A stretch of 54,901 nucleotides of DNA from a virus (lineage: Duplodnaviria; Caudoviricetes). The notes under the pieces were generated by a model. That model was not told where the DNA came from. It made no database searches and worked only from the letters and a program-made list of their open reading frames with translations. The position numbers and the translations under genes are program-made. Each line of letters opens with the position of its first letter. The stretch's first letter is position 1. Below are positions 26,365 to 36,900 of this stretch, one piece after another. The DNA lies in IMG/VR virus record IMGVR_UViG_3300032087_000550, positions 1 to 54,901 of that record, one strand, 5' to 3'.

Positions 26365-28236
26365 ATGGCAGGTTACACACGAAACGACACAGCCGGTAAC
26401 ATTGCAGACGGTAACGTCATCAGTGCCGCTCCCCTCGACGGCGAGTTCGACGCTATCCAAGATGCGTTTGCCCTTTCTACCGGCCACACACACGACGGCT
26501 CTACGACAGGTGACGGCGGACCCGTCAGCAAGCTCGGCCCGTCCCAGCAACTCGAACAGACCACCACAGCCCTCACCCCGGATGCTAACAACAGCATCGA
26601 CTTGGGTACAAGCTCTGCGGAGTTCAAAGACCTTTACCTCGATGGTATCGCCTACATCGACCGCCTGACGGTAGCAGCTTCAGACGGCTCTGCAGACGGC
26701 GTGGGTTCGCACCTACAGCCGATGACAGACGCTTCCTTTGATCTCGGCTCGACTACCTACCTATGGAACAACGCATATCTTGTCAACTTAAATGTTCGCA
26801 AAAACGATGCCCCCGTCATCACCCTGACCAACACATCCACCGACATGCTTACGGCGGACAGTGTTGGTTCTATTGTTTTTGAGACCCTAGACACACAACA
26901 GTCGGGTGTAGACGTTGCAAAGATCGAAGCCATTGTAGTTGACAGTCTCGATGACAGCGGCGGAGATGATGTAAAGCTTGTCTTCCAGACGGGCAACGCA
27001 GAAGCCCTGACTACTGCTCTCACTCTTCAAGACGACGATGTCGTAGCTCCGGACGATGTGTTCCTTCGTTCTGATGCTGCTGTTTTGAGCTTCGGTGCAG
27101 ACGACGATGTCAGCCTGACGCACGTTGCTGACACAGGTCTTCTCCTAAATGGTTCGCGGGAAATCCAGTTTCGTGACTCGGGCCTGACTATCGGCTCGAC
27201 TGCTGACGGACAACTCGACATCGACGCGGACACGAAGCTTGAGATTGTCGCTCCTACGGTAGAAATTACGGGTGCCGTAGATATTGACAACATCAACATC
27301 GACGGCAACGCCATCACTAGTACGAACACCAACGGTGACATTACAATCACACCGGACGGCGACGGCAAGATTGTCCTTGACGGCTTGAACTTTCCGATTG
27401 CAGACGGGACAGAAAACCAGTTCCTTCAGACTGATGGGTCGGGGCAGTTGGGGTTCGCAGATGTTATTACGGATGTTGTGGGGGACACGACACCTCAACT
27501 CGGCGGTATGCTCGACGTTAACGGCAACGCGATTGGTGACGGCACCCTCGAACTCATCAAGTTCTCTGAGACGGCTAGCGCAGTCAACGAAATCACCATC
27601 ACCAACGCCGCAACAGGGGGCCATCCTCTTATTCAGGCATCTGGTGACGACACCGACATCAATCTGCAACTCGACGGTAAGGGAAGTGGCGTAGTTGAGG
27701 TGGTTGACGACCTGACTATTGGTGGTAATCTGACAGTCAATGGAACCACCACCACAATCTCCACGACTAACACGGTTGTTTCTGACACCCTGATAGAGCT
27801 TGGTAACGGAACTACCGGCTCCCCTGTAAATGACTCAGGTCTGGTTATCGAGCGGGGGGATTCGGACAACGCCTTTATCGGTTTCGATGAAAGTGCTGAC
27901 AAGTTTACGATGGGCACCGGCACGTTCACAGGTGCAAGCACCGGAGACTTGACTATCACTGCCGGTACCCTCGTTGCTGATCTAGAGGGCGACGTTACTG
28001 GTGACGTTACTGCGGAAAAGGTAATCGCGTCGAACACTAATGCCAGCGACACTGGTACAGATGTGGCGATCCAGATTGGTGCAAGCACAGACTGGACCGT
28101 GCTGGTTACGTCTTCGGATGAACTTGTGTTCCGTCACAACGGTGTTGCCAAGATGTTGCTGACGACAACAGGCCACCTGAAGGTCATCGACGACATCACG
28201 GCATTTGCCGATCTGTCCAGCTACGACGGAGCGTAA
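26365..28236 (+). CDS. Tail fibre (proximal)
   Basis: MAGYTR...EFDAI..AF...GHTHDG N-terminal anchor; DTTPQLGG cassette. Confidence 0.8.
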   Translation: MAGYTRNDTAGNIADGNVISAAPLDGEFDAIQDAFALSTGHTHDGSTTGDGGPVSKLGPSQQLEQTTTALTPDANNSIDLGTSSAEFKDLYLDGIAYIDRLTVAASDGSADGVGSHLQPMTDASFDLGSTTYLWNNAYLVNLNVRKNDAPVITLTNTSTDMLTADSVGSIVFETLDTQQSGVDVAKIEAIVVDSLDDSGGDDVKLVFQTGNAEALTTALTLQDDDVVAPDDVFLRSDAAVLSFGADDDVSLTHVADTGLLLNGSREIQFRDSGLTIGSTADGQLDIDADTKLEIVAPTVEITGAVDIDNINIDGNAITSTNTNGDITITPDGDGKIVLDGLNFPIADGTENQFLQTDGSGQLGFADVITDVVGDTTPQLGGMLDVNGNAIGDGTLELIKFSETASAVNEITITNAATGGHPLIQASGDDTDINLQLDGKGSGVVEVVDDLTIGGNLTVNGTTTTISTTNTVVSDTLIELGNGTTGSPVNDSGLVIERGDSDNAFIGFDESADKFTMGTGTFTGASTGDLTITAGTLVADLEGDVTGDVTAEKVIASNTNASDTGTDVAIQIGASTDWTVLVTSSDELVFRHNGVAKMLLTTTGHLKVIDDITAFADLSSYDGA

Positions 28237-28238
28237 AG

Positions 28239-29252
28239 ATGGCAGTCGATGGTGGCGTAGGAAACGCAATTTCGTTTTCGGAACTCCAGACCTACTACGG
28301 CGGGTCTAACCCTATCAGCATGTCCGAATACTATCGTGGCGGCTCTGAGGTTCCTTCGACTCGAACCGACACCACAACGAACACGGGCGTAACTGCACTT
28401 GTAAACCAGTCGGCTTTATTTGGCACAGCAGGCTCGGGAGTTGACGGAAATCAATCTAGATTGACCATAGACGGGGCAAATAACACTGGCGTAAATTCTA
28501 GCCCCGCCACCGGAACTATCGTATTCAGCGAATCGACCACCGTATCTGCGACGAAAGATTATAGCATGAATAGCCTTCTGGAGTACCACCTAAATTCATA
28601 TAACAACACCTTTTACACCAGCACGTCCGCGCATCTTAGGCTCGGCGGATACGACTTTTTCGACGCCTCAAACTGCGTTCGCAGCATCACCACCAGTAGC
28701 AGCTTCGTAACCGCACAGACCCTGACCTCGGCTCTAACCGCCGGCACTTGTGGGATTGAAATATATTACGTCGCCTCCTCGTCCGATGCGGAGGGTAGCG
28801 TCCAACCTATTGTTACTATTAAACGTGGTGGAACTACACTTTACTCGTTCAACGTATCTTTCAGCAACGGTTCCGCCATCACCTCATCAGCAAACCTAAC
28901 CGGGTTGCAGAACGGGGACACCATTGAAGCTAGAACCGGGTCTTATGGCGGCCAGACAAGGGTTGTTTTTTTCCCTCGCGAGGCTGTGGGGGGCAACGCC
29001 AACAACACTTTTGCGGCGGGTAGCTACGCCCTTTCATTTTACGGTTTAGGCGGCAACAACAACCTCCCCGGCCTCGATGCTACTTTGAACTTCTCCACTA
29101 GCGGCACAGTTCAATACAACAGCTTTGGCGGCACGTTTACCAGCATCAGCACGACCAACACAGATGTAACTGTTAACACAAATACAAATGTACCAACCTC
29201 TGGTCCAGTAAACATGAACGTATTCAACGCGCCGGGGACGCCATCACCATGA
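28239..29252 (+). CDS. Tail fibre tip/adhesin-like protein
   Basis: ISFSELQTYYGGSNPISMSEYYRGG N-terminus; Ser/Thr/Gly-rich. Confidence 0.65.
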   Translation: MAVDGGVGNAISFSELQTYYGGSNPISMSEYYRGGSEVPSTRTDTTTNTGVTALVNQSALFGTAGSGVDGNQSRLTIDGANNTGVNSSPATGTIVFSESTTVSATKDYSMNSLLEYHLNSYNNTFYTSTSAHLRLGGYDFFDASNCVRSITTSSSFVTAQTLTSALTAGTCGIEIYYVASSSDAEGSVQPIVTIKRGGTTLYSFNVSFSNGSAITSSANLTGLQNGDTIEARTGSYGGQTRVVFFPREAVGGNANNTFAAGSYALSFYGLGGNNNLPGLDATLNFSTSGTVQYNSFGGTFTSISTTNTDVTVNTNTNVPTSGPVNMNVFNAPGTPSP

Positions 29253-29455
29253 TGAAACTAGAACATACAATGGAGCCTTTGATGAAGACCCAGATGGAAC
29301 TCGAAGCCCACGAAAAAGAGTGCGCCATCCGTTACGCTGCTGTACACGAAAAACTAGAAAGTCTAGACAAACGCATGTGGCGTTTAGAGGCAATGATCAT
29401 GGGCAGCACTGTTCTGGTGGTGGCGATGGTTGTGTCTGTATTTATGGGGACTTAG
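29249..29455 (+). CDS. Small coiled-coil plus TM protein
   Basis: HEKECAIRY...RMWRLE followed by a hydrophobic C-terminus. Confidence 0.65.
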   Translation: MMKLEHTMEPLMKTQMELEAHEKECAIRYAAVHEKLESLDKRMWRLEAMIMGSTVLVVAMVVSVFMGT

Positions 29456-29461
29456 ATAACG

Positions 29462-30790
29462 ATGGCTATTACAACCGATCAAGAACTCCGCGATGAGATG
29501 GGTAAGCTGGCAAGCCAAGACTTGCCCAAAACGCCCGTTGAAGAAATCGCGTCCAAACCAGACGAGGCAATTTCGGACATCACTCTAGGTGATATGCCTA
29601 CCACTACACCTGTGTTCGCAGATGAAACGGCTCTAGATGTTACTGTAACCGGGCCGTCTCGTCCGGACTTGGGGCAGGTAAAGGAAACTACGACCGTAAC
29701 TCCCGGCCTTCAAGAGTTGGGCGGCGCACAAGCGGCCCAGCTAACCCCGACCGGTCCCTACGTAGACATGACAGGCGTCGAGGGTACCGTATCTCAAGGC
29801 TCCCTTGCACAGGCTGCACAGGCGGAACTCGACCCCCGAGCAACTACCCAGTACCAACTCGGTGAACTGATGAAGAGCTTGGAGACGGGCGGTCCGATGC
29901 CCCCGTGGGCAGCACCACAGGTTCGCAAAGTAAACGCCCTGATGCAAGCCCGAGGGTTGCCAGCATCCTCTATGGCATCCGCAGCAGTTATGCAAGCTCT
30001 CATGGAGTCTGGCGTACAGATTGCTTCGAAGGACGCTGACAAGTTCGCCACGATCCAGTTGGCCAACCTGAACAATCGTCAGCAAACCGCGCTTGCGAAT
30101 GCAGCAACCTACGCTGCTATGGACCGCGCGAACCTCTCTGCCCGGTTGCAGGGAGCGGTTACAGAGGCACAGGCACTCCTGTCTGTAGACCTTAAAAATC
30201 TTGACAATAAACAAAAAAGTGATACACTAACATATAGTAGCCTTGTACAGGGGCTGTTCAAAGACGCAGCGGAAGAAAACGCGCGGAAACAGTTCAACGC
30301 CAAGAATGAACTGCAGGTTGAAGAGTACTTTGCCGAATTGAGTTCGCAGGTCGAGACGGCTAACGCGAACCGGACAGCGGCTATGCGACAGTTCAATACG
30401 TCCGAAGCTAACGCAATGTCCCAGTTCAACACGCAAGTCAAGGACTCGCGGGAAAAGTTCGAGGCACAGATGGGGTTTGCCATTGAACAGTCGAACGCCG
30501 TGTGGCGCAGGGAGATCAACACCGCGAACACGGCAGCACAAAACGAAGCGAACCGCCTCGATGTAATGAACATGTACAATGCCACGATGACGGCAATGAG
30601 CAACATGTGGCAGCAGATGCGGGACAATGCTTCGTGGAACTTTACAAAGTCAGAGAATGATCTGGCTCGTAGACACGACTTGGCGGCTATTGCAATGCAG
30701 TTCGCGAACTCACAAGAGATGTATTCTAGAGAGCAAAAGGACCGGATGGCGGGGGAGCTTGCTAGGTTCCTTGCAAATCTGGTGATATAA
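29462..30790 (+). CDS. Internal virion/ejection protein
   Basis: Gln/Asn/Ala-rich helical (QFNA repeats), WRREINTANTAAQN; located after tail genes. Confidence 0.7.
   Translation: MAITTDQELRDEMGKLASQDLPKTPVEEIASKPDEAISDITLGDMPTTTPVFADETALDVTVTGPSRPDLGQVKETTTVTPGLQELGGAQAAQLTPTGPYVDMTGVEGTVSQGSLAQAAQAELDPRATTQYQLGELMKSLETGGPMPPWAAPQVRKVNALMQARGLPASSMASAAVMQALMESGVQIASKDADKFATIQLANLNNRQQTALANAATYAAMDRANLSARLQGAVTEAQALLSVDLKNLDNKQKSDTLTYSSLVQGLFKDAAEENARKQFNAKNELQVEEYFAELSSQVETANANRTAAMRQFNTSEANAMSQFNTQVKDSREKFEAQMGFAIEQSNAVWRREINTANTAAQNEANRLDVMNMYNATMTAMSNMWQQMRDNASWNFTKSENDLARRHDLAAIAMQFANSQEMYSREQKDRMAGELARFLANLVI
30201..30228 (+). promoter_or_regulatory. Internal sigma70-type promoter
   Basis: TTGACA, 16 nt, TACACT with extended TG, in a local AT-rich patch. 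Confidence 0.55.
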
Positions 30791-30793
30791 CAT

Positions 30794-31273
30794 ATGTTTG
30801 ATTTTCCTAACCTAATCAAAAATGCTATCGACTTCGGGGCGGACTTTCTCCTCGGAGATAAAGAGTATGAAAGCGGTGATGTTGTCGGCCCTAGAAGCGG
30901 GGGGTTTCTCGACACGCTGCGCGGCGGCTTGAAGAAGACTATGGAACAGGGTGAAGCCCGCGAAAAACAGCAGCGGGAACAGTTGCGTCACGTACGTCCT
31001 GACTTGGTCCGTCCGGGTTCGCGGCCAGACTTTCAGGCGCAGAGCATGGCTCCCGTGAACCCGCTGCTTCGAAATCCCTCAGTGCAGAGGGCCATGCGGA
31101 ACCTGTCTAGCCGCGCCTACGCCAACTCCGACATGAACCGCTTGGGTCGTGACCTGCGCGTAGCGATGAACCGCCGTCAGGGGCAGCGGACCATTGGCGT
31201 CGAACCGGCACGTGCGCCGAAGGTAACAAAGACAACACCCGCTAACGTACGCAAAGAACCAAAGGTAACATAG
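30794..31273 (+). CDS. Hypothetical (probable internal virion) protein
   Basis: Tightly packed in the ejection-protein cluster. Confidence 0.6.
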   Translation: MFDFPNLIKNAIDFGADFLLGDKEYESGDVVGPRSGGFLDTLRGGLKKTMEQGEAREKQQREQLRHVRPDLVRPGSRPDFQAQSMAPVNPLLRNPSVQRAMRNLSSRAYANSDMNRLGRDLRVAMNRRQGQRTIGVEPARAPKVTKTTPANVRKEPKVT

Positions 31274-31275
31274 TT

Positions 31276-31824
31276 ATGGCTGAGACTGACGCACAGATTC
31301 TAGGCAGGGCTTCTCCTGAGAACATGGACCCGTTTGCCTACGCTCCCCCGGGCCACAGCCTGACGCAGGACAACTCGCGCTGGCCGTGGGGCAAGCCGCC
31401 TCGGGACGCTGACCCAGAGGTTGCATTCCAAAAAGTTATAGATGGCGTGGAGAAGAATAAAGACGAGCTAATGAAGCTCTTGATGGTCGGTGTGTCCATC
31501 GAGGTAGTTGTGGAAAGCATCCTGATGCAGGGGTTCCAAGAGGGCAAGTTCTCCCCTGACGTTGCCATGATGATGAAGCCGATGCTCGGTCTTGTGATTG
31601 CCGAGATGGCAGAAGACGAGAACGTCCCATTCCGTATGTTCGAGAACGATGGTGCCTTGGATCAGGGCAAGATGGACGACGAGACGTTCTTCCGCATGAT
31701 GAAAGAGAACAACCCGCGTATGTTCGAACAGCTACGCGAAGGCTTGAACAAGCAGATACGAGACGGCATGGCTCCCCGCGAACCTGCCGAGCGTAACTTC
31801 CTGAACATGGGAGGGAATGAGTAA
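31276..31824 (+). CDS. Conserved virion-module protein
   Basis: PPGHSLT....WPWGKPP...G.F.PD...M..P pattern typical of podovirus ejection clusters. Confidence 0.65.
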   Translation: MAETDAQILGRASPENMDPFAYAPPGHSLTQDNSRWPWGKPPRDADPEVAFQKVIDGVEKNKDELMKLLMVGVSIEVVVESILMQGFQEGKFSPDVAMMMKPMLGLVIAEMAEDENVPFRMFENDGALDQGKMDDETFFRMMKENNPRMFEQLREGLNKQIRDGMAPREPAERNFLNMGGNE

Positions 31825-33977
31825 TGGGCATGGGCGTAGCATTCGCAAGTGCGTTCTTTGGAGAACTCAACGACAAAAAAAGAGCGCAAGCGGCAGCGCA
31901 ACGAGAAGCTGCAATTAAGGCAGATGAGCGTCAAGCGGGATACGACCTAGCCACGTTTAAGGCAGGTCTCGACGAAGGCAACATAAAGCTCGAAGCAAAA
32001 CTGAAGCAGGAACAGAAAACCCGTGAGTTTGAACAGGGGAAACCAGAAAGACTGCGCCAACAATACATCGATCAATTAGAAGTCTTGTCTGAAGATCAAA
32101 GACTAATGCTGTTCCAAGACCCGGATTTTTTGAAGGGGTATAACGAAGTCTTTGGAACTAGTATTACTTCTGAAATGGCCGGTATGGCCAACGCTCTGAA
32201 TGATATAGATAGTAACTTTTTCGTAGGAAGTATAAAATTTCGAAATCCTTCTAAAGACCTTTCTACTGCAAATGTCTACAATAAAGGCTACGGTACTTTA
32301 GATAACATCGATCAACAGCTTGGAAATCCTGAGTTTTTTGACAGCGTGGTTGAAAAAGCAAAAGGCGATCAGGTCACTCGCGACAGTCTTGTTGGGTTGA
32401 TAACCCGCGCAGAACAGCAGCTTATTGAAGGCTACGGCATCTTGCAAACTCAAAAAGAAGTAACTCCGGGTAAAGTCTACACAACCAGCATAGATAACTT
32501 CAGTAATATTGCCCGACTTCACGAGGCTTTGAACTCTCAGCCAGAACGGGAAGCAGCACAAACTGAGATTGCGGGCAAAATTGCAAACACCCCAGATGGG
32601 TTTACACCTCTCGTCTTCACTGTTAGTACAGACGAAGTAGGCACTAAGCAAGGTTTGGTTCGAAACATTTCCACAGGGGATCAGAAGCTAGTTGCTGAAA
32701 TGGCTGCAAAGCACGGGCAAACTACACAGCAATTTGTAGATTCCTTTGCCGTATTTAGGGATATTCCCACCGTTGCTGAATTTCAAAGCGGCGTGTATCT
32801 TGGTATGGATGATGATGAGATCGTCGATGAACAGTACGCCATGTTCAACAATGTTCTTGAGATGCAACGACGGGGTTACGGGGAAATTTTGAACAATCCA
32901 CTAGCCGCTTCCCCTGAAAAGAAACAAGAAATCGCAGCGTTTTTAAGAGAAAAGTATGGCGATGATCGTTTTCGTATGAGTGTGGCGCTGGGCTACATGC
33001 TCCCTACAGATCAGATGTTCCTTGCCGCCCCCCAAACCGGGATGTTCTATACACCCGAAACTAAGAAAACGGGCAAGCAAGTCAACGGTCGCTCGTTCCT
33101 TAAAAACGAGTTGGGATATACCGATAAGCAAATTCAAGAAGTTATAGACGGTTTCGAATACTCGAAGCAAACTGTCGATATGCTGACACAGTTGAAGGAC
33201 TTGGAACTCGGAGTTCTTGCTGACGCGCAAGGTTTTTCCCGCGAACTTAAAAGGGTGTTGCTCGGTGCAGGTACGCAGCTAAAGCAAGCTGGTGGCGTTC
33301 TCAAAGACGTGTTCGTGGGAAATGACATCTTTAATGGTAACTACAAAGATGGCGAAACGAACTCTGAGTCGCTGATGGCAACTGCAGAGCGGCTGGTAGA
33401 AGAGGGTGTGTTCAAGCTAGAAAAGGGCAGCACACTTGCAGATATTTCCGAAGCTGACGCCTTGAAACTTGCACTGGCTGCTCGGATGGCTCGTGCAATC
33501 GATCCATCGGGTCGTCTCTCCAACCAAGACTTTGAAATTCAGCTTCGTCGTCTAGGCGGCGCGTTGCTCGGTGACGCTGAGTCCGTGAAAAGGCAGTTGA
33601 ATCTTCTTTTGACCGAGTTCAATGGAAACATTCGTCGTAACTCTGTCATAGCTACAGCGGCTTCTGTGGGGCAAAAGATTGATGCGGTCACTGCTCGGGC
33701 AATCCGTGCTGATCGTATGCTGGAAACCACGTTCGTTGGTTTCAGCACGGATACGTATCAACCGAGACAAGCTCCCGCTGCTGCTGCTGCCGAGGTGTCA
33801 GCAACTCCGGAAGTGGACATGAAAAATTACGTTCCAATAACGGACGAAAATGGTAACGAAACAGGAATGTTTGCACGAATTGGTGGTGGCGGACCTGAGA
33901 TCATCAACGCTGATGGTAAGGATGTGGAGGCTGCGTATATGGGCACTGACAACACTGCTGGACAGGGTACAAATTAA
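31824..33977 (+). CDS. Internal virion protein (717 aa)
   Basis: MARAIDPSGRLSNQDF motif; helical; TAATG coupling. Confidence 0.65.
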   Translation: MGMGVAFASAFFGELNDKKRAQAAAQREAAIKADERQAGYDLATFKAGLDEGNIKLEAKLKQEQKTREFEQGKPERLRQQYIDQLEVLSEDQRLMLFQDPDFLKGYNEVFGTSITSEMAGMANALNDIDSNFFVGSIKFRNPSKDLSTANVYNKGYGTLDNIDQQLGNPEFFDSVVEKAKGDQVTRDSLVGLITRAEQQLIEGYGILQTQKEVTPGKVYTTSIDNFSNIARLHEALNSQPEREAAQTEIAGKIANTPDGFTPLVFTVSTDEVGTKQGLVRNISTGDQKLVAEMAAKHGQTTQQFVDSFAVFRDIPTVAEFQSGVYLGMDDDEIVDEQYAMFNNVLEMQRRGYGEILNNPLAASPEKKQEIAAFLREKYGDDRFRMSVALGYMLPTDQMFLAAPQTGMFYTPETKKTGKQVNGRSFLKNELGYTDKQIQEVIDGFEYSKQTVDMLTQLKDLELGVLADAQGFSRELKRVLLGAGTQLKQAGGVLKDVFVGNDIFNGNYKDGETNSESLMATAERLVEEGVFKLEKGSTLADISEADALKLALAARMARAIDPSGRLSNQDFEIQLRRLGGALLGDAESVKRQLNLLLTEFNGNIRRNSVIATAASVGQKIDAVTARAIRADRMLETTFVGFSTDTYQPRQAPAAAAAEVSATPEVDMKNYVPITDENGNETGMFARIGGGGPEIINADGKDVEAAYMGTDNTAGQGTN

Positions 33978-36900
33978 TGGCAGAAGAAGCTAATCCGGTA
34001 ATCGTCGAAGAAAACGAAGAGACGCAAGCTGACGACCTGCAGCCTATGGCCCGCACGGTCGGAGAACAGGTCGAAGCTGGTGAAATGGCTCTTGCCGATG
34101 AAGGCAAGGTGACCACAGACGAATCCGGACGCCCCCGTATCTCTATCACGCCTGTCACTTTGGAACCCAAGCCCGAAGCAAGTGTTCCCACGCAGGTTCG
34201 CGGGCAGCTTGCTATTCCACCCGTAACCTTCAAATCCCTGCAACCTGAGATTTCTGCAGATGTAGCACCTGCTCCTGAAGAGAAGCTTACGTACAAGGGG
34301 ATTCTTGAGAAGCTAGACGCGGGTGAAACTGTCACGCTGCAAACTCCAGACGGAAAAGTTACGTACTCAGGAAGGGCACTTGCAAAAGCTGCACGTACCC
34401 CAACAGTCAGTAAACGTATCCAGCTACAGCTTGCACAAGACTCTTTTTACAAACAGCAACAAAAAGAAGAACAAGTTCCCACAGAACCCGAGATTGCTTT
34501 TATTACACCCACAGGCCGGGTAGACGTATCCTACCTCGACCCCGATCTTCAAGACACTGCCGCCGTTTACGCCGAGGGTCGCAAGGCTCTCGACGATACT
34601 TTGCGTCCGCTTGTCAACACGGGTCGCCCGGATATCGACGTTGCGGTGCGTCAATACTTTGTTGACGACTTCTCCACTGGTGAATTTTTTGACAACCTTG
34701 TAACCCGTCTTGCAGAGACAGGCCGCGCTGTTCCTACCCTTCCCAAGTATGGCATGGACATGGTGGGGAGTCTCGGCGAAGCAGTCGGTCGTGCCCTACA
34801 GCTTCAGACAGACGTATCTAGTGAATGGGCCGCACTCGCACCTAAACGGGAACAAAAGACAAAAGATTACCTGCGAACCCTTTCGACGGTCCTTCCGGCA
34901 CCGACAGCCGCTATGGGCATGAACGCTCAGATTCGCAAACGGATTCAAGATGATCCGAACCTGACGGACGAACAGAAAGACGACTTCTTGTACGACACGA
35001 CTGTGACGGGGGAGAAGTTTCTGCGAGAGTTCGTGGACGACGAGACAGCCTATGCGGTCATCGAAGAGTCGTTCAGTCAGATGAACGCTGTTGAGCAGTT
35101 TGGCGTGATGCTCACTGAAAACATGCTCGGTGGCGGCATCCTGTCACGAACAAAAAATACAAACGCCCTGCGTGAAGTACAACGCCTCACTGATCTGCGA
35201 AAGACATTGAAGCTTGCGGATGACACGCCCTTGGATGCGGTTGCTCGGATTGCAAAGCAACGAGACATGAAGTTCAAAGTTGACAACGATCTTCTCGAAC
35301 TCGGCATTTATAACAAGGCAATTGCACAACAGATGGACGACGCAGGTTTGCGGGTAAAGGAACTCTCAAAAGACCTTCAAGACGCGGCCCTCGAACACGG
35401 CAAAAACAGCCTACAGTATCGTCGGCTAGAATCCGAAATTATGAACCTGCGCCGCTTGCGCCGTCGTAACTATTTCCGCCAGAAGGTGAGTCCGTACTTG
35501 ACTGAGGTAATCGGTGACGAGGCTGCGCTGGCCATTGCCGGAACCGTGGGGCGTCAATACCTCGACGGATACATGGGCATGGATGGAGAGACCGCCGAAC
35601 TTCTAGGTGTCGTTGGCGGACTAACTTCTCAGATAACGGGCGTAACTTCCTTTGGCAAAAAGGTAGTTGGTACTGTCGCGGGAGGTATCGGAATTGGTAC
35701 AGGTAAACTTGCCACGGCGATCACGCCCGATGGTATTCTCAGTCCCACCAACGCACTCTATCGGAAACTCGTGCAAGCCGACACAACGGTAGAAGACTAC
35801 GAGAAGCTTTACTTCGAGCCTCGCGAAGGTCGTCCGATGAACCGAATGGAACGCAAGATGATCAAGTCTGCGTTTCGACAGGTCGAACGAATGGACGAAG
35901 AAACACGTGAAGCATTCCTAGACCGGCTACAAGCACAGATGGATTTACAGGCAGACCTCTTGAAGATGTTCCCAGAAGGGGAGGCCCGCGATACCGCTGA
36001 AAAATTCTTAGAGCAATCCTTTGCAGAAGCCAGCACTCTGCCAGATGCCATTTCTGCTTATCAAATGGCTACGGAAATGGCTATGGCAAAGGGTATAAAG
36101 AAGGGCGGCATGGGTGCTATGCTCAATGCCGCTTCAGAGATGGAGCGTCGTGCGGCTCGGGCACAAACTCTAATTGAAGGGTTCGAAAAGCACGTTGCAA
36201 AATTCGGTGATCCGAACCAGACAGAAGCTGTCACCAAGCTCATCCAGCAAACAAAGTCTAGTCTCATGGCCGTCGAAGAGATGGTGGACATGGAGTTCGT
36301 CAAGTTGAATAAGAACTTGGATGCAATGATGGACAGTGCCTTGGAAGACATCTCCGAACCTATGGATGAAACCTTCTTCGAAGATTACTTGGCAGCAAAA
36401 GAGTTGCTGGCTCGTCGCATATCTCCAGAGTCTGCCGAGGAACTTGCTGGGGTTGTTGCAGACCTTGAAAGCATTAAGGATGCGGCTATCAAAACCGACA
36501 AGGCACTTCTCGAAAAATTCCGCACCATACGAGCAATTCGTGATCGAAAGACCCTTCACAGTTCGAGCCTTGCAACCGCCGTCGAAACTTTAATGTTCCA
36601 GCGGTACGGGAAGTTATCTGCCGAGATGGACGCTGCGTACAACGACTTCCGCAAGTTCGTGGCATCCGGCCCTCGTCCGAATATTGATATTTCTAGTTCA
36701 GTCGAAGAGATGCTGTCTCTTGCAGATGCTGGCGATATAGCCACCTTCTTCGGTCCTCAATCTACCTTCTTCTCCGGCTATCTGGGCCGCAAAGCACGGA
36801 CGATGTTTGAGCGCATGGTTCGACGCACTCTCAACGAACTTCCAGAAGAAGAACTCACGGAGATGTTCACTTCTCTCGTAGAAGAGGGTGTCAACCCGGG

